From: an uncultured Patescibacteria group bacterium
GTDB taxonomy: Bacteria; Patescibacteriota; Microgenomatia; UBA1400; PJMF01
Reading direction: 5' to 3'
NCBI GenBank assembly: GCA_905478415.1
Contig: CAJQIG010000002.1
Coordinates: 71,573 to 118,833, forward strand
DNA: 47,261 bases
The position numbers and the translations under genes are program-made. Positions 25,395 through 34,099 of the stretch are shown piece by piece (position 1 is the stretch's first letter; every line of letters starts with the position of its first letter). The notes beneath the pieces were generated by a model that had not been told where the DNA came from, did not search any database, and was given only the letters and a program-made list of their open reading frames with translations.

Positions 25395-27206
25395 TTAGGA
25401 ACCGGTGCCAACTAAGTATTTAGCTGACCATGGTCGATAGGTTGACGAGTATGTGTTCTGATAAAGGACTTCGCCCTCAGCATCTTTAACAGTGTGTGTA
25501 AACTTGGCTTTCAAGCCTGAAACAGCCCAATCTACTTGCTTTTTGACGCCTGCTGGAAGGGTTGGGTCGTTGATATATTCTGTAGGGAGAGCAGGGGTGG
25601 CTCCCCATTTTTTGTAGTCGGTGACTTCGGTAGTGCGACCATCACTGGTGCCAAAGAGTTCAACGGTAAGGTGTAAATTTTCTCTATCGTTTGTGGTATG
25701 AATAAGCACGTAGTGGTCAGTGTCATTAATGAATCTAAGATCAATATTTCCAGAGTAGACAGTGGCATCAAAACCAGGGTCTGAGTTGAGTTCGTAATAG
25801 CTGACTCTATAGCTATGGGGGAGTCGACGGGAAATATTAAGGCCGGCATCAAGAAGAGAACGGAACAGTGTCGAACTCACTTGGCAGACACCACCACCAT
25901 CACCGAGTTCTGTTCTGCCGTTAGCAATTACATATGCAGGCTGAAACCCAGTAGCTTTCGAGACTTCACCGAGAGTTTTATTAAATGAAAACTCTTCACC
26001 AGGTGCTATGAGTTTGTTATTAACTCGAGCAGCGGTTACGGCTACATTATTTATTCTGGTTGGAATACTGTGATAGTAGTAACTCTCTCCAAAACCAATT
26101 CGTTCACTAATACCGTAGCCATTTGTTGCAGACAGTATAATGGCTGGTTCGAGCGTCGTAATGGGGAGCAGAATCTCGGTCTCTGTGGTTTCACTCTCTG
26201 AAAGCTTGTCTATTTCAGAAGCTAAGAGTTCAAAAGTCTTTTCGGTATCTAGTTTTCGGCCTTTTCGGTGAGGTGCGAACTCAGTGACGGTTTTTGTTTC
26301 TTCAGAATACTCAAAAACAGCGTTTTGTGGTTCTCTATAGATTTTTTCTGACCACGTGTCTAAGAATTCTTGAGTTGTATCTTTGGAAATGTCTTCCGGA
26401 AAGCGCAAGAGGGAGATGATATCTCGATCGGTAAAGTAGATTGAGATGTCTTTATCGTACTTAAGAGTTATCTGGGTGCCCACAAATTTTTTGGCACGCT
26501 CTTTAAATGAAGCAACTTCTTCATCTGTTAACGTTGCGCTCGTTGAGGCAACTTGGAGGGGAATGTTGAACTGTTCAGCGGCTATAGCAGCTGCAATAGC
26601 CTGGGCATTTTCTTCGACAAGCACTTTTCGACCTGTTTTTCCTTCAAAAACAGAGAGAGAACTCGGTGTGCCAGAATAGGTGAGGGTTGCTGTTGGTTCT
26701 TTGCCTTCAACATCAACGTTCTCGGCTAGTATTGAGACGAGTGTATCTATTGATTCTTGGTTGATCTCAAGATTGGAGGTGAGGTGCGTGGGGTTGGTGA
26801 AACTGGTTATGAGTTGTTTAATGCGAGTAGTGAGGGAATCTTCTTTGCCGTGGAGGGCAGCAACTGAAGCTAAGTAGTGTGTGTTTCTTTTCAAATTAAG
26901 TTCGGCTCCGCTTGAGGCAATTTGGATGTCATCGACCGATACTACTATAGTAGCTTCTGGAATTTCTGATTGGCGTTGCTCTAAAAGTAGTAGTGCCTCT
27001 GGTAAAGTTGTTCCTCCTATATAGATGCCATCTATGGTTGTGTTGGGTAAGATCTTGTCTTCTAAGTTTTTATCGAGTAGAAATAAACCAGAAAAGGCAA
27101 GACCGAGTCCAAATGCGATTAAAACTACTAACCAACGATCCCAAGGAAGTTTGTCTCCAATCAAGAGTTCAGAAACAAAACTGTGTGTGTAAGGTGGTTT
27201 TTTCAT
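25395..27206 (-). CDS. VanW-family protein with a C-terminal G5-like domain
   Basis: An N-terminal TM helix. The VanW core is GDGGGVCQVSSTLFRSLLDAGLNISRRLPHSYRVSYY. Confidence 0.85.
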   Translation of the reverse strand: MKKPPYTHSFVSELLIGDKLPWDRWLVVLIAFGLGLAFSGLFLLDKNLEDKILPNTTIDGIYIGGTTLPEALLLLEQRQSEIPEATIVVSVDDIQIASSGAELNLKRNTHYLASVAALHGKEDSLTTRIKQLITSFTNPTHLTSNLEINQESIDTLVSILAENVDVEGKEPTATLTYSGTPSSLSVFEGKTGRKVLVEENAQAIAAAIAAEQFNIPLQVASTSATLTDEEVASFKERAKKFVGTQITLKYDKDISIYFTDRDIISLLRFPEDISKDTTQEFLDTWSEKIYREPQNAVFEYSEETKTVTEFAPHRKGRKLDTEKTFELLASEIDKLSESETTETEILLPITTLEPAIILSATNGYGISERIGFGESYYYHSIPTRINNVAVTAARVNNKLIAPGEEFSFNKTLGEVSKATGFQPAYVIANGRTELGDGGGVCQVSSTLFRSLLDAGLNISRRLPHSYRVSYYELNSDPGFDATVYSGNIDLRFINDTDHYVLIHTTNDRENLHLTVELFGTSDGRTTEVTDYKKWGATPALPTEYINDPTLPAGVKKQVDWAVSGLKAKFTHTVKDAEGEVLYQNTYSSTYRPWSAKYLVGTGS

Positions 27207-27354
27207 AATGGATCAGTACGTCTAGTTTTTTTAGTATTTCTGTTGTTTCGTTCTAAATCTATTCTATGTTATTATAAACAAAGAATGTACTTGATGTACC
27301 TAGCATTTCTGTTCTTAGTAGTGCTTTTTAGTTCAAAGAGAATCAAAACCAATA

Positions 27355-29178
27355 ATGAATAGCCCACTGCCAAAGCCCACTGTTCCAACTTCAGCCGCAC
27401 AACCTCCTGCAACTGGGCCAACTGTGCAGCCAGCAGCTCCAATACAACAAGCAAAACCCGCTGCTCCTGTTGCCCCTGTTCCAGTTAAAGCACCAGATAC
27501 TCAAGTAGCGCCACCCAAGGCTCCTGCAGCTACCGTTCCTGCTACAGCTCCAACGGCTCCGGTGAACCCAACTGCTATGCCACCTCAGTCACTTTCAGCA
27601 CTTTCATCTATGACGAGTACCCAAATTCCTAAAAACAACCTAACGGCAATTCCTAAAGATCCAAGCGCAATGGTTCCTCCTGCTCCAAGTATTCCAGGAG
27701 TGGCTCCAGCCCAATCATCCGGAATAGCTGCACAACCACAGCCTCCAGCTGTACCAGGAAAACCAGGTGGAGCTGTTCCTCCCGCAGGTGGTAAAAAGCC
27801 ACAGTTTGCCAAAGTTGAAAAACCAATTGCTAAATATGCTGTTATTGGAGTAGTTATTCTACTAGTGCTTGGCTTGGTTGGTGGAGCTATCTCATTCTTT
27901 ATGGGTAAGTCAAATAACTCTGTCTCAGTCAAAACACCAACTACAACAGGTGGAGCTAACTCGGGGAGAGAAGTGGTCTCTGGAGAAGAAAAAACAATTG
28001 AGTATTGGGGCCTTTGGGAACCAACTGAAGTTATGACGGAAGTAATCTCAGATTTTGAAAAGGCTAACCCTGGCATCAAAGTTTCCTACAAAAAACAGTC
28101 TCACCTGAATTATCGCGAGCGATTGCAGACCGCAATTTCTGGTGGAAATGGGCCAGATGTATTCCGGTTCCATGCTTCGTGGACTCCAATGCTGCTAGGC
28201 GAACTTAAACCAATTCCAAATTCAGTGATTAGTGCCGCCGAATTTAAATCTACCTACTATCCAGTTGCAGTTCAGCAACTACAAGCCAACGGACAATTTG
28301 TCGGTATTCCAACTATGTATGATGGTTTGGCCTTACTTTACAACAAAGAAATGTTTGAAACTGCTGGTTTAGCTGTTCCAACCGATTGGGCAGCTGTCAA
28401 GGAAGCGGCAAATAAATTAGTAATTAAGAATAGTAGTGGGGCTATCTCTCGAGGTGGCATTGCTTTGGGAAATGCTACTAATGTTGATAATTTTTCAGAC
28501 ATTTTAGGGCTGTTGATGTTGCAGAATGGGGCCACACTCACCCAATCAAATAGTCAAGAAGTTGCAGATGCACTCAGTTTTTACACCAGTTTCCAAGCTA
28601 CAGATGAAGTTTGGAGTTCAGAACTCCCGAATTCTACCGTTGCTTTTGCTCGAGGCGAAGTAGCTATGATTATCGTTCCTTCTTGGAGAATTCATGAGAT
28701 TTTAGCCCAAAACCCAGATCTCAACTTTGGTGTCTCTACGGCTCCAATTATTGAAGATCAATTAACTTGGGGAACATTTTGGGCAGAGGGTATTAACTCT
28801 AAGAGTAAAAACCAAGAAGCCTCAGCAATTTTCCTCAAGTATCTGAGTCAAAAGGAAACGCTTGAAAAGTTCTATGACGCTGCGAGCCAAGTTCGTGCGT
28901 TTGGAGAGATCTACCCCCGTATGGATATGGCTGCAGACTTAGCTGACAACGAGTATGTGGCTCCTTACTTAGCTGATGCTCCGTATGCTAAGGGATGGTA
29001 TATGAGTTCGTTCACCCATGATAATGGTATCAATGACCAAATCATCAAGTACTATGAAGATGCTGTCACAGCTATAGCTGTTGATGGTAAAAAGGCTACT
29101 TCTGTACAAACCACACTTGATGCTGGTGTCTCACAAGTGCTGAGACAGTATGGTGTGAGTGGAGCTTTATCTCGCTAA
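27355..29178 (+). CDS. family-1 extracellular solute-binding protein (ABC-type) with a Pro/Ala-rich N-terminal extension and a TM anchor
   Basis: Motif IEYWGLWEP..FEKANPGIKVSYKKQ..YRERLQTAISGGNGPDVFRFHASW. The TM helix is YAVIGVVILLVLGLVGGAISFF. No permease or ATPase gene is adjacent. Confidence 0.8.
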   Translation: MNSPLPKPTVPTSAAQPPATGPTVQPAAPIQQAKPAAPVAPVPVKAPDTQVAPPKAPAATVPATAPTAPVNPTAMPPQSLSALSSMTSTQIPKNNLTAIPKDPSAMVPPAPSIPGVAPAQSSGIAAQPQPPAVPGKPGGAVPPAGGKKPQFAKVEKPIAKYAVIGVVILLVLGLVGGAISFFMGKSNNSVSVKTPTTTGGANSGREVVSGEEKTIEYWGLWEPTEVMTEVISDFEKANPGIKVSYKKQSHLNYRERLQTAISGGNGPDVFRFHASWTPMLLGELKPIPNSVISAAEFKSTYYPVAVQQLQANGQFVGIPTMYDGLALLYNKEMFETAGLAVPTDWAAVKEAANKLVIKNSSGAISRGGIALGNATNVDNFSDILGLLMLQNGATLTQSNSQEVADALSFYTSFQATDEVWSSELPNSTVAFARGEVAMIIVPSWRIHEILAQNPDLNFGVSTAPIIEDQLTWGTFWAEGINSKSKNQEASAIFLKYLSQKETLEKFYDAASQVRAFGEIYPRMDMAADLADNEYVAPYLADAPYAKGWYMSSFTHDNGINDQIIKYYEDAVTAIAVDGKKATSVQTTLDAGVSQVLRQYGVSGALSR

Positions 29179-29209
29179 TTTTTTATTCTTTCTAAAAAAC
29201 ATCCTATAG

Positions 29210-29238
29210 TTGACGCTATCTGGTATTATTGGTATAAT
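29210..29238 (+). promoter_or_regulatory. near-consensus sigma70-type promoter TTGACG-17-TGgTATAAT
   Basis: -35 box at 29210-29215, TG at 29230-29231 and -10 box at 29233-29238. It lies ~165 nt upstream of ATG 29404. Confidence 0.65.
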
Positions 29239-29403
29239 TCCCAGACTTATTGCGTCTCGATTTTTTTGAGGTGCGATCTTCTCTTTCTTTTACCCTGGTG
29301 CCGTTACTGGTGCTGTGCGGTGATGTTTGATTGAGATGTCTTTAACAGTTAAAGAGAAAAAATATAACCTGCACATCATGTGCAAAGGAGGTCTGAAAGC
29401 CCC

Positions 29404-31332
29404 ATGAGTACATTGGGTGCGCGTTTAAAAGAGGCATGGGAATGGACTTTGAAAGATAAGCAAACCCTATTAGTGGGGGAGCTATCTTTAGGAGCAGTTC
29501 TCGTTGTTTTATTGATTTTAATGCAAGTTCCTGGCTGGGTTGTGGCAAGTTCGTTAGAGAATGCTGAAGCTCAAATTAACCAGGCATACACCTTAATTTC
29601 AGATGCTCAAAGTCGTTATGACTCGGAGGCTGGATGGTACGACGATTCCTACACGGATGATATCCCCGTTTGGCTTGCTGAAGCAAACATGCTTTTGAGT
29701 GAAGATGGTGTTAGAGGAGCCGAAGTTCTTTTGACTCAAGCTCGTGATGGGAATTATGATGATGCCCGTCAGCTTGCTGGAGATGCTACCAGTTTGGCTA
29801 AAGAAGCCCAACTAGTAGTTCAGCAAGTGTTCGTAAAGTTAGATGAAAATCAGGCTTTGCGTGATAGAGCGTTCTCTGCATTACAAGGTTTAAAGCGAGA
29901 CAAATCGTCAGCCGGAACTTTGTTAGCAGCTGCTCAAAGTCGTTATGACAGAGAGCACGTTGATCACACGTTGAAATACACGAGTGAGTTGGAAACAAAG
30001 TTGCAGCAAGCTGATTCAAGGTTTAGTTCTGCAAGCGATTACTTAGCTGCAGCTACTGCGAATTTACCAGATGTGAATATAAATGATCATTTGGGAGATC
30101 CGTTGTTAGCGCTCGATAATATCGAGCAGGCAGTAGTGGAAATCACTGAGCAAAACACGCTGACTGCGTATGTGACGTCAAGGCTAGACTATCTGGCTGA
30201 GGCAAAAGCAAACGCTGCTAGTAGGACGGCTCAAGCAGAAATTGAAATTGAAGTATCAGATTCCCACTTGTGGAATCTAGTTGTAACTCGAGACTATGAT
30301 CCAGATCGGGCTCTTCAACAGGCCTACGGTCTTTTGGATTCGGCCGTCTTTAGTTACGACAAAGCAGTAGAAAAGTTAGAAAATCCTGTGTTTGGAGATG
30401 GAAAAATCGATTACCCCGTCGCGTATGAAGCGGCGAAGGCATCGATAGCATCCTCGAATGCGGCGATTGCAAGTGCTAACCAAGTAGTAGCAGCTGACGA
30501 TGCCTCTTTGGCAAAGTTAGCTCAATATGATTCTCGTAGAGCTTCGGCGCAAAGTGCGATTTCAAATGCACAAAGTGCTGAAAATACTCTCCGAAGTAAT
30601 CATGCTAGCTCTGCTTGGAGTGGCGTTAGCTCTAATATTTCAAATGCTCAGTCAAAACTTTCAACAGCAGCTTCGCTTCGACAAGATGCCATTAATGCTC
30701 GAACATCACAAGATTTTTTATTAGCTGATTCTAAGGCGCAACAAGCGCTAAACGAATTGGGGAATATTGAATCACTGTGTAATTCTGTAGTGTCTCGAAA
30801 GAGTACTTTGGAAAATGTTCGATTGCACGACTGGCCTAATGCCAAAAGCGATGCTGAGTCTGCTATTCGCAGTGCTCGAAGTCAAATTAGCGCTTCGCAT
30901 ACGGACGCCAGTGTTTACTCTGCAAACAGTTTGATAGAAGACGCTGAATCTGCCGCTCGACAAGAGCGGTATGAGGATGCAGTTCGTTTGGCACGCGACG
31001 CAGAAAGTGAAGCTGACTCTGAGCGGCGTGAGGCGATTTCTGATGAGCAAGCCTACCAGCGGCAGTTAGAAGCTGATGCTCAAGCAACTCGCGATAAAGC
31101 TGAGGCAAATGCACAAGCAACTCGACAAAAAGAGAATGCAAATGCCCAAGCCACACGGGATGCGGAAAGTATTAATTCTAGCCCACCAATTGATTCTGGA
31201 TCAGGATCTGATTCTGGTAGTTCCGGAAGCAACAACTCTTCAGGAGGATCAAGCAACAGTGGAGGTTCTTCTGGAGATAGTGGTTCAATTGGCGGCAGTA
31301 ATGGCGACAATTGTGCCTTTGGATGTCCCTAG
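29404..31332 (+). CDS. membrane-anchored alpha-helical repeat protein with a Ser/Gly-rich tail ending in CAFGCP (642 aa)
   Basis: An AAGGAGG SD at 29385-29391. The TM helix is LLVGELSLGAVLVVLLILM. The body is Ala/Ser/Gln-rich and helical with internal repeats. No family recognised. Confidence 0.75.
   Translation: MSTLGARLKEAWEWTLKDKQTLLVGELSLGAVLVVLLILMQVPGWVVASSLENAEAQINQAYTLISDAQSRYDSEAGWYDDSYTDDIPVWLAEANMLLSEDGVRGAEVLLTQARDGNYDDARQLAGDATSLAKEAQLVVQQVFVKLDENQALRDRAFSALQGLKRDKSSAGTLLAAAQSRYDREHVDHTLKYTSELETKLQQADSRFSSASDYLAAATANLPDVNINDHLGDPLLALDNIEQAVVEITEQNTLTAYVTSRLDYLAEAKANAASRTAQAEIEIEVSDSHLWNLVVTRDYDPDRALQQAYGLLDSAVFSYDKAVEKLENPVFGDGKIDYPVAYEAAKASIASSNAAIASANQVVAADDASLAKLAQYDSRRASAQSAISNAQSAENTLRSNHASSAWSGVSSNISNAQSKLSTAASLRQDAINARTSQDFLLADSKAQQALNELGNIESLCNSVVSRKSTLENVRLHDWPNAKSDAESAIRSARSQISASHTDASVYSANSLIEDAESAARQERYEDAVRLARDAESEADSERREAISDEQAYQRQLEADAQATRDKAEANAQATRQKENANAQATRDAESINSSPPIDSGSGSDSGSSGSNNSSGGSSNSGGSSGDSGSIGGSNGDNCAFGCP
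31075..31170 (+). repeat. 33-nt (11-codon) tandem repeat, ~3 copies, inside the CDS
   Basis: The units are at 31075-31107, 31108-31140 and 31141-~31170. They encode DAQATRDKAEA, NAQATRQKENA and NAQATRDAES. Confidence 0.85.
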
Positions 31333-31344
31333 GAGGATGAATCC

Positions 31345-32142
31345 ATGATGACTTTTATACTTTGGTTTATAAGATTTTTAGTTTTAGTGGTAGCAGTTGC
31401 AATGGTTCGAATGGCCTTTGTATATTGGTATCGTCGCAATAGTACCAGCCCTTTGGCTGTGTTACTCAGAGAAAAGTTGTTTTTTTTGCCTTCTGGTTTT
31501 TGGCCAACTCCACTTGTGGATGACGGCCCAACTCTAACAGAGTTAATTGAAGAGCAGGATGAAGAACTCGATCCTGAACGACAGTTGTTAAAAGCAGAAA
31601 AAGGACATTCGTTTGTATTTAATTTTGTTTCCCAAACTGTGGTTGGCCGAGTGTCAACACAGCGGATGGAGCAAGAAGTACAACGGAACAACTACCCTTG
31701 GCACGATGTGCCCGGTGAAAGAAACCAATTTGTCTTTGTTGACGGAAATCAGGCCTTTGCGTATTATCCATTTGGGGAGCGCGGCCGACCTGTTTGGTTT
31801 TTCTTAGAACCAGAAGATGCGTCAGGCCTTTGGGAGTATTTCAAAGGATCTGATACAGAACCTGGCCCCGCCAGAAAATTTGGAGCAAGTCGTCAGTTAG
31901 GTACTGTCACTTTTACTTTGTTTGGTAAAACCTGGAAGATGAAAGACATTGGGATGAACTCATTCCGTGTCGAATCTGGGCGGAACCTAATTATGAAAGG
32001 AAATGGGCGTTTTGCTCATTTGGTTGCTGAACAAGTTGATGGAGATGCCGTTCTGTTTTTTACCCATATCGAAGAAGGTGAGGGTTACGACGGCGTTTGG
32101 ATTGGTGAACAGGCAGATATGGACTTTTTGTCTGATTTGTAG
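31345..32142 (+). CDS. membrane protein, 265 aa, with a possible DUF4178-like C-terminal domain
   Basis: An AGGAGG SD at 31331-31336 overlaps the upstream stop codon. The N-terminal TM helix is FILWFIRFLVLVVAVAMV. The DUF4178 call rests on weak recollection only. Confidence 0.7.
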   Translation: MMTFILWFIRFLVLVVAVAMVRMAFVYWYRRNSTSPLAVLLREKLFFLPSGFWPTPLVDDGPTLTELIEEQDEELDPERQLLKAEKGHSFVFNFVSQTVVGRVSTQRMEQEVQRNNYPWHDVPGERNQFVFVDGNQAFAYYPFGERGRPVWFFLEPEDASGLWEYFKGSDTEPGPARKFGASRQLGTVTFTLFGKTWKMKDIGMNSFRVESGRNLIMKGNGRFAHLVAEQVDGDAVLFFTHIEEGEGYDGVWIGEQADMDFLSDL

Positions 32143-32254
32143 GTCAAAGTTTTTTTAAACTAGTTTTGTTTAGAGATACTGCACAGAATAAGACTTCCTG
32201 TTCAGTATGATTATCTTTGAAGTCTTAAAACTAACCATTTTTAGGAGAATAAAA

Positions 32255-33016
32255 ATGACCGTAAAAGCTTTAAAATTGAATTTAAGTGAAACAATTGCAG
32301 TTTTTGTTGAAAATCTAGGTGACCTGGCTCAGTCCCGTATTCCTAACAGCAAAAAATTGGAAAAAGTGCTGGCGCGGATGCACAAGCAAATGCTCGAGCT
32401 TCGTCAGTCATATCGTGATTCTCTGGCCCAGGTTAATTTGTACCACAATGAAGGAAAAAACACTGGTTTGATCCCTGAATTGGAATCGAAATTAGCCAGC
32501 TACGATGAACAAGGGCGAATCTGGACAGATGAACAAAAAGCTATTGAGGCCGATTCCCCGGATACATACAAGCGTCGTACTGATTGGCGGCGTTTAGAAC
32601 AGCAACTGAATGCTCTTGACGAGAAGATGGCGGCGGACGAGCGCTCGCTTGCAAACTATCGTTCCATTCTTAGTACCAATAAAGAGACGTTGGCTATTCG
32701 TGAAGGTCATTATACCAAGGCTAAAACCAGCTATGAAAATCTGAAAAATTATGGCCCGGCTATTGTTAAACAGATGGAAGCCAAAAAGGCTGCTATGGCT
32801 GAGAACGATGAGGCCCGTCAAGAAAAAGTTGTCTTGAATGATTCAACAGCTATTTTGAATGAACTTCAAAGTGAAATGGATTTGGTTGATGCAGAATATG
32901 ATGCTGAACTGCAGATTTCCGATGAGGAAGAGCCGTTCGACATTGATGCTGTTATTGCCAATGAAGCAGCTGAAGCTCATCGCAGTGAACGTCGAAATCG
33001 TTGGGCTCAAAATTAA
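32255..33016 (+). CDS. coiled-coil protein, possibly PspA/IM30-like (253 aa)
   Basis: An AGGAG SD at 32243-32247 lies 7 nt before ATG 32255. The protein looks all-helical with charged heptad-like stretches and an acidic C-terminal segment. The family assignment is tentative. Confidence 0.7.
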   Translation: MTVKALKLNLSETIAVFVENLGDLAQSRIPNSKKLEKVLARMHKQMLELRQSYRDSLAQVNLYHNEGKNTGLIPELESKLASYDEQGRIWTDEQKAIEADSPDTYKRRTDWRRLEQQLNALDEKMAADERSLANYRSILSTNKETLAIREGHYTKAKTSYENLKNYGPAIVKQMEAKKAAMAENDEARQEKVVLNDSTAILNELQSEMDLVDAEYDAELQISDEEEPFDIDAVIANEAAEAHRSERRNRWAQN

Positions 33017-33042
33017 CAATTTTTCTCTTTAACATGTAGTAC

Positions 33043-33076
33043 AAGCCCTTGGTCATTACGATCAGGGGCTTTTTTT
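33043..33076 (+). terminator. canonical intrinsic terminator
   Basis: AAGCCCTTGGTC-ATTAC-GATCAGGGGCTT forms 12 bp including 2 G-U pairs. A run of Ts follows, to 33076. Confidence 0.85.
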
Positions 33077-33118
33077 GTTTCTTTTTGAGAGATAGTCGGT
33101 GTTTTCAAAACACTTGAG

Positions 33119-33127
33119 TGCTATACT
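33119..33127 (+). promoter_or_regulatory. extended -10 box TGcTATACT, 6 nt upstream of ATG 33134
   Basis: TATACT at 33122-33127, spacer GCCATC, no SD. Confidence 0.5.
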
Positions 33128-33133
33128 GCCATC

Positions 33134-34072
33134 ATGGACAAAAAAGATCAAACCCTAGCAAAGCAGGTTCTGTTTGGATTGGGGTACACTGATCAATTTT
33201 CATTTCCTTTAACTGTTGAAGAGTTGTGGCAGCGGCTTCCGGCTTTGGGGGAGCAGTTTAGTTTTTCAAAAAATACGTTTCTGAAAATGGTATTTCAGCT
33301 TGAAAAACAAAAAATGGTGAGTATTCAACGACCATACACAATGATTTTTTCTAAAAAAAAACACCTTCAAATGCTTATTAAAATTCGAAATGAGCGAGCT
33401 ACTTTTGCACTCAAAAAGTTAGAACAGAGTAGAGAACTACTCGATTTTTTACAGAGAATCCCTTTTATTTCAGGGGTTTTGGTAACCGGATCAGTCTCGA
33501 TGTTGAATGCGCGATCAGATGATGATGTCGATTTTTTGATTATTACCAAACCGCATACGCTCTGGGTGACGCGACCATTTGTTATTTTCTACTCTTGGTT
33601 GAAGGGCAAACGACGCTCTTGGAAAAAGGAAGAAAAGAACAGTTGGTGCTTCAACTTTTGGTTGGAAGAAACGGCGCTGAATATTCCCAAGCAACAACAG
33701 ACCTTGTATACAGCCTATGAGTTATTGCAGGCTCATTGGCTATTGGCAGAACCTCGAGTTCAAGAAGCATACTACCAACAGAATAAGTGGGCTTATCGAA
33801 AAGTACCACGCCTCTACGATGAAGTACGTACTCAGCCGGCAGCAGTTGTTCGAAGTACGAACACAACTCAAAAACAAGAAGCGCTCTACCTTTTCTTTTA
33901 CTTTCCTATTGTGTTTATAAACAGAGTTTTTTATATTTTGCAGCGTTTGTATATGAAATCTCACCAGACTACCGAGCGAGTAGGGCGTTCACATGCATTT
34001 TTCCATCCGCGTGATACCCGTGGGCTTTTGTACCAGGGACTCAGAAAGAGCTTACTTCGCCTCATGAAGTAA
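33134..34072 (+). CDS. Pol-beta-superfamily nucleotidyltransferase-domain protein (312 aa)
   Basis: The motif GS-x9-DVDF (TGSVSMLNARSDDDVDFLIITK). Confidence 0.7.
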   Translation: MDKKDQTLAKQVLFGLGYTDQFSFPLTVEELWQRLPALGEQFSFSKNTFLKMVFQLEKQKMVSIQRPYTMIFSKKKHLQMLIKIRNERATFALKKLEQSRELLDFLQRIPFISGVLVTGSVSMLNARSDDDVDFLIITKPHTLWVTRPFVIFYSWLKGKRRSWKKEEKNSWCFNFWLEETALNIPKQQQTLYTAYELLQAHWLLAEPRVQEAYYQQNKWAYRKVPRLYDEVRTQPAAVVRSTNTTQKQEALYLFFYFPIVFINRVFYILQRLYMKSHQTTERVGRSHAFFHPRDTRGLLYQGLRKSLLRLMK

Positions 34073-34086
34073 CAGCAGTTTGCAGG

Positions 34087-34092
34087 TATACT
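34087..34092 (+). promoter_or_regulatory. -10 box TATACT, 7 nt upstream of ATG 34100
   Basis: The sequence reads GGTATACT ATATACC ATG, with no SD. Confidence 0.45.
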
Positions 34093-34099
34093 ATATACC

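Noticed and set aside
29380-29403. The GTG start at 29380 for the helical repeat protein.
   Set aside because: That start would lie upstream of the AAGGAGG SD (29385-29391), placing the SD inside the coding sequence. ATG 29404 lies downstream of the SD.
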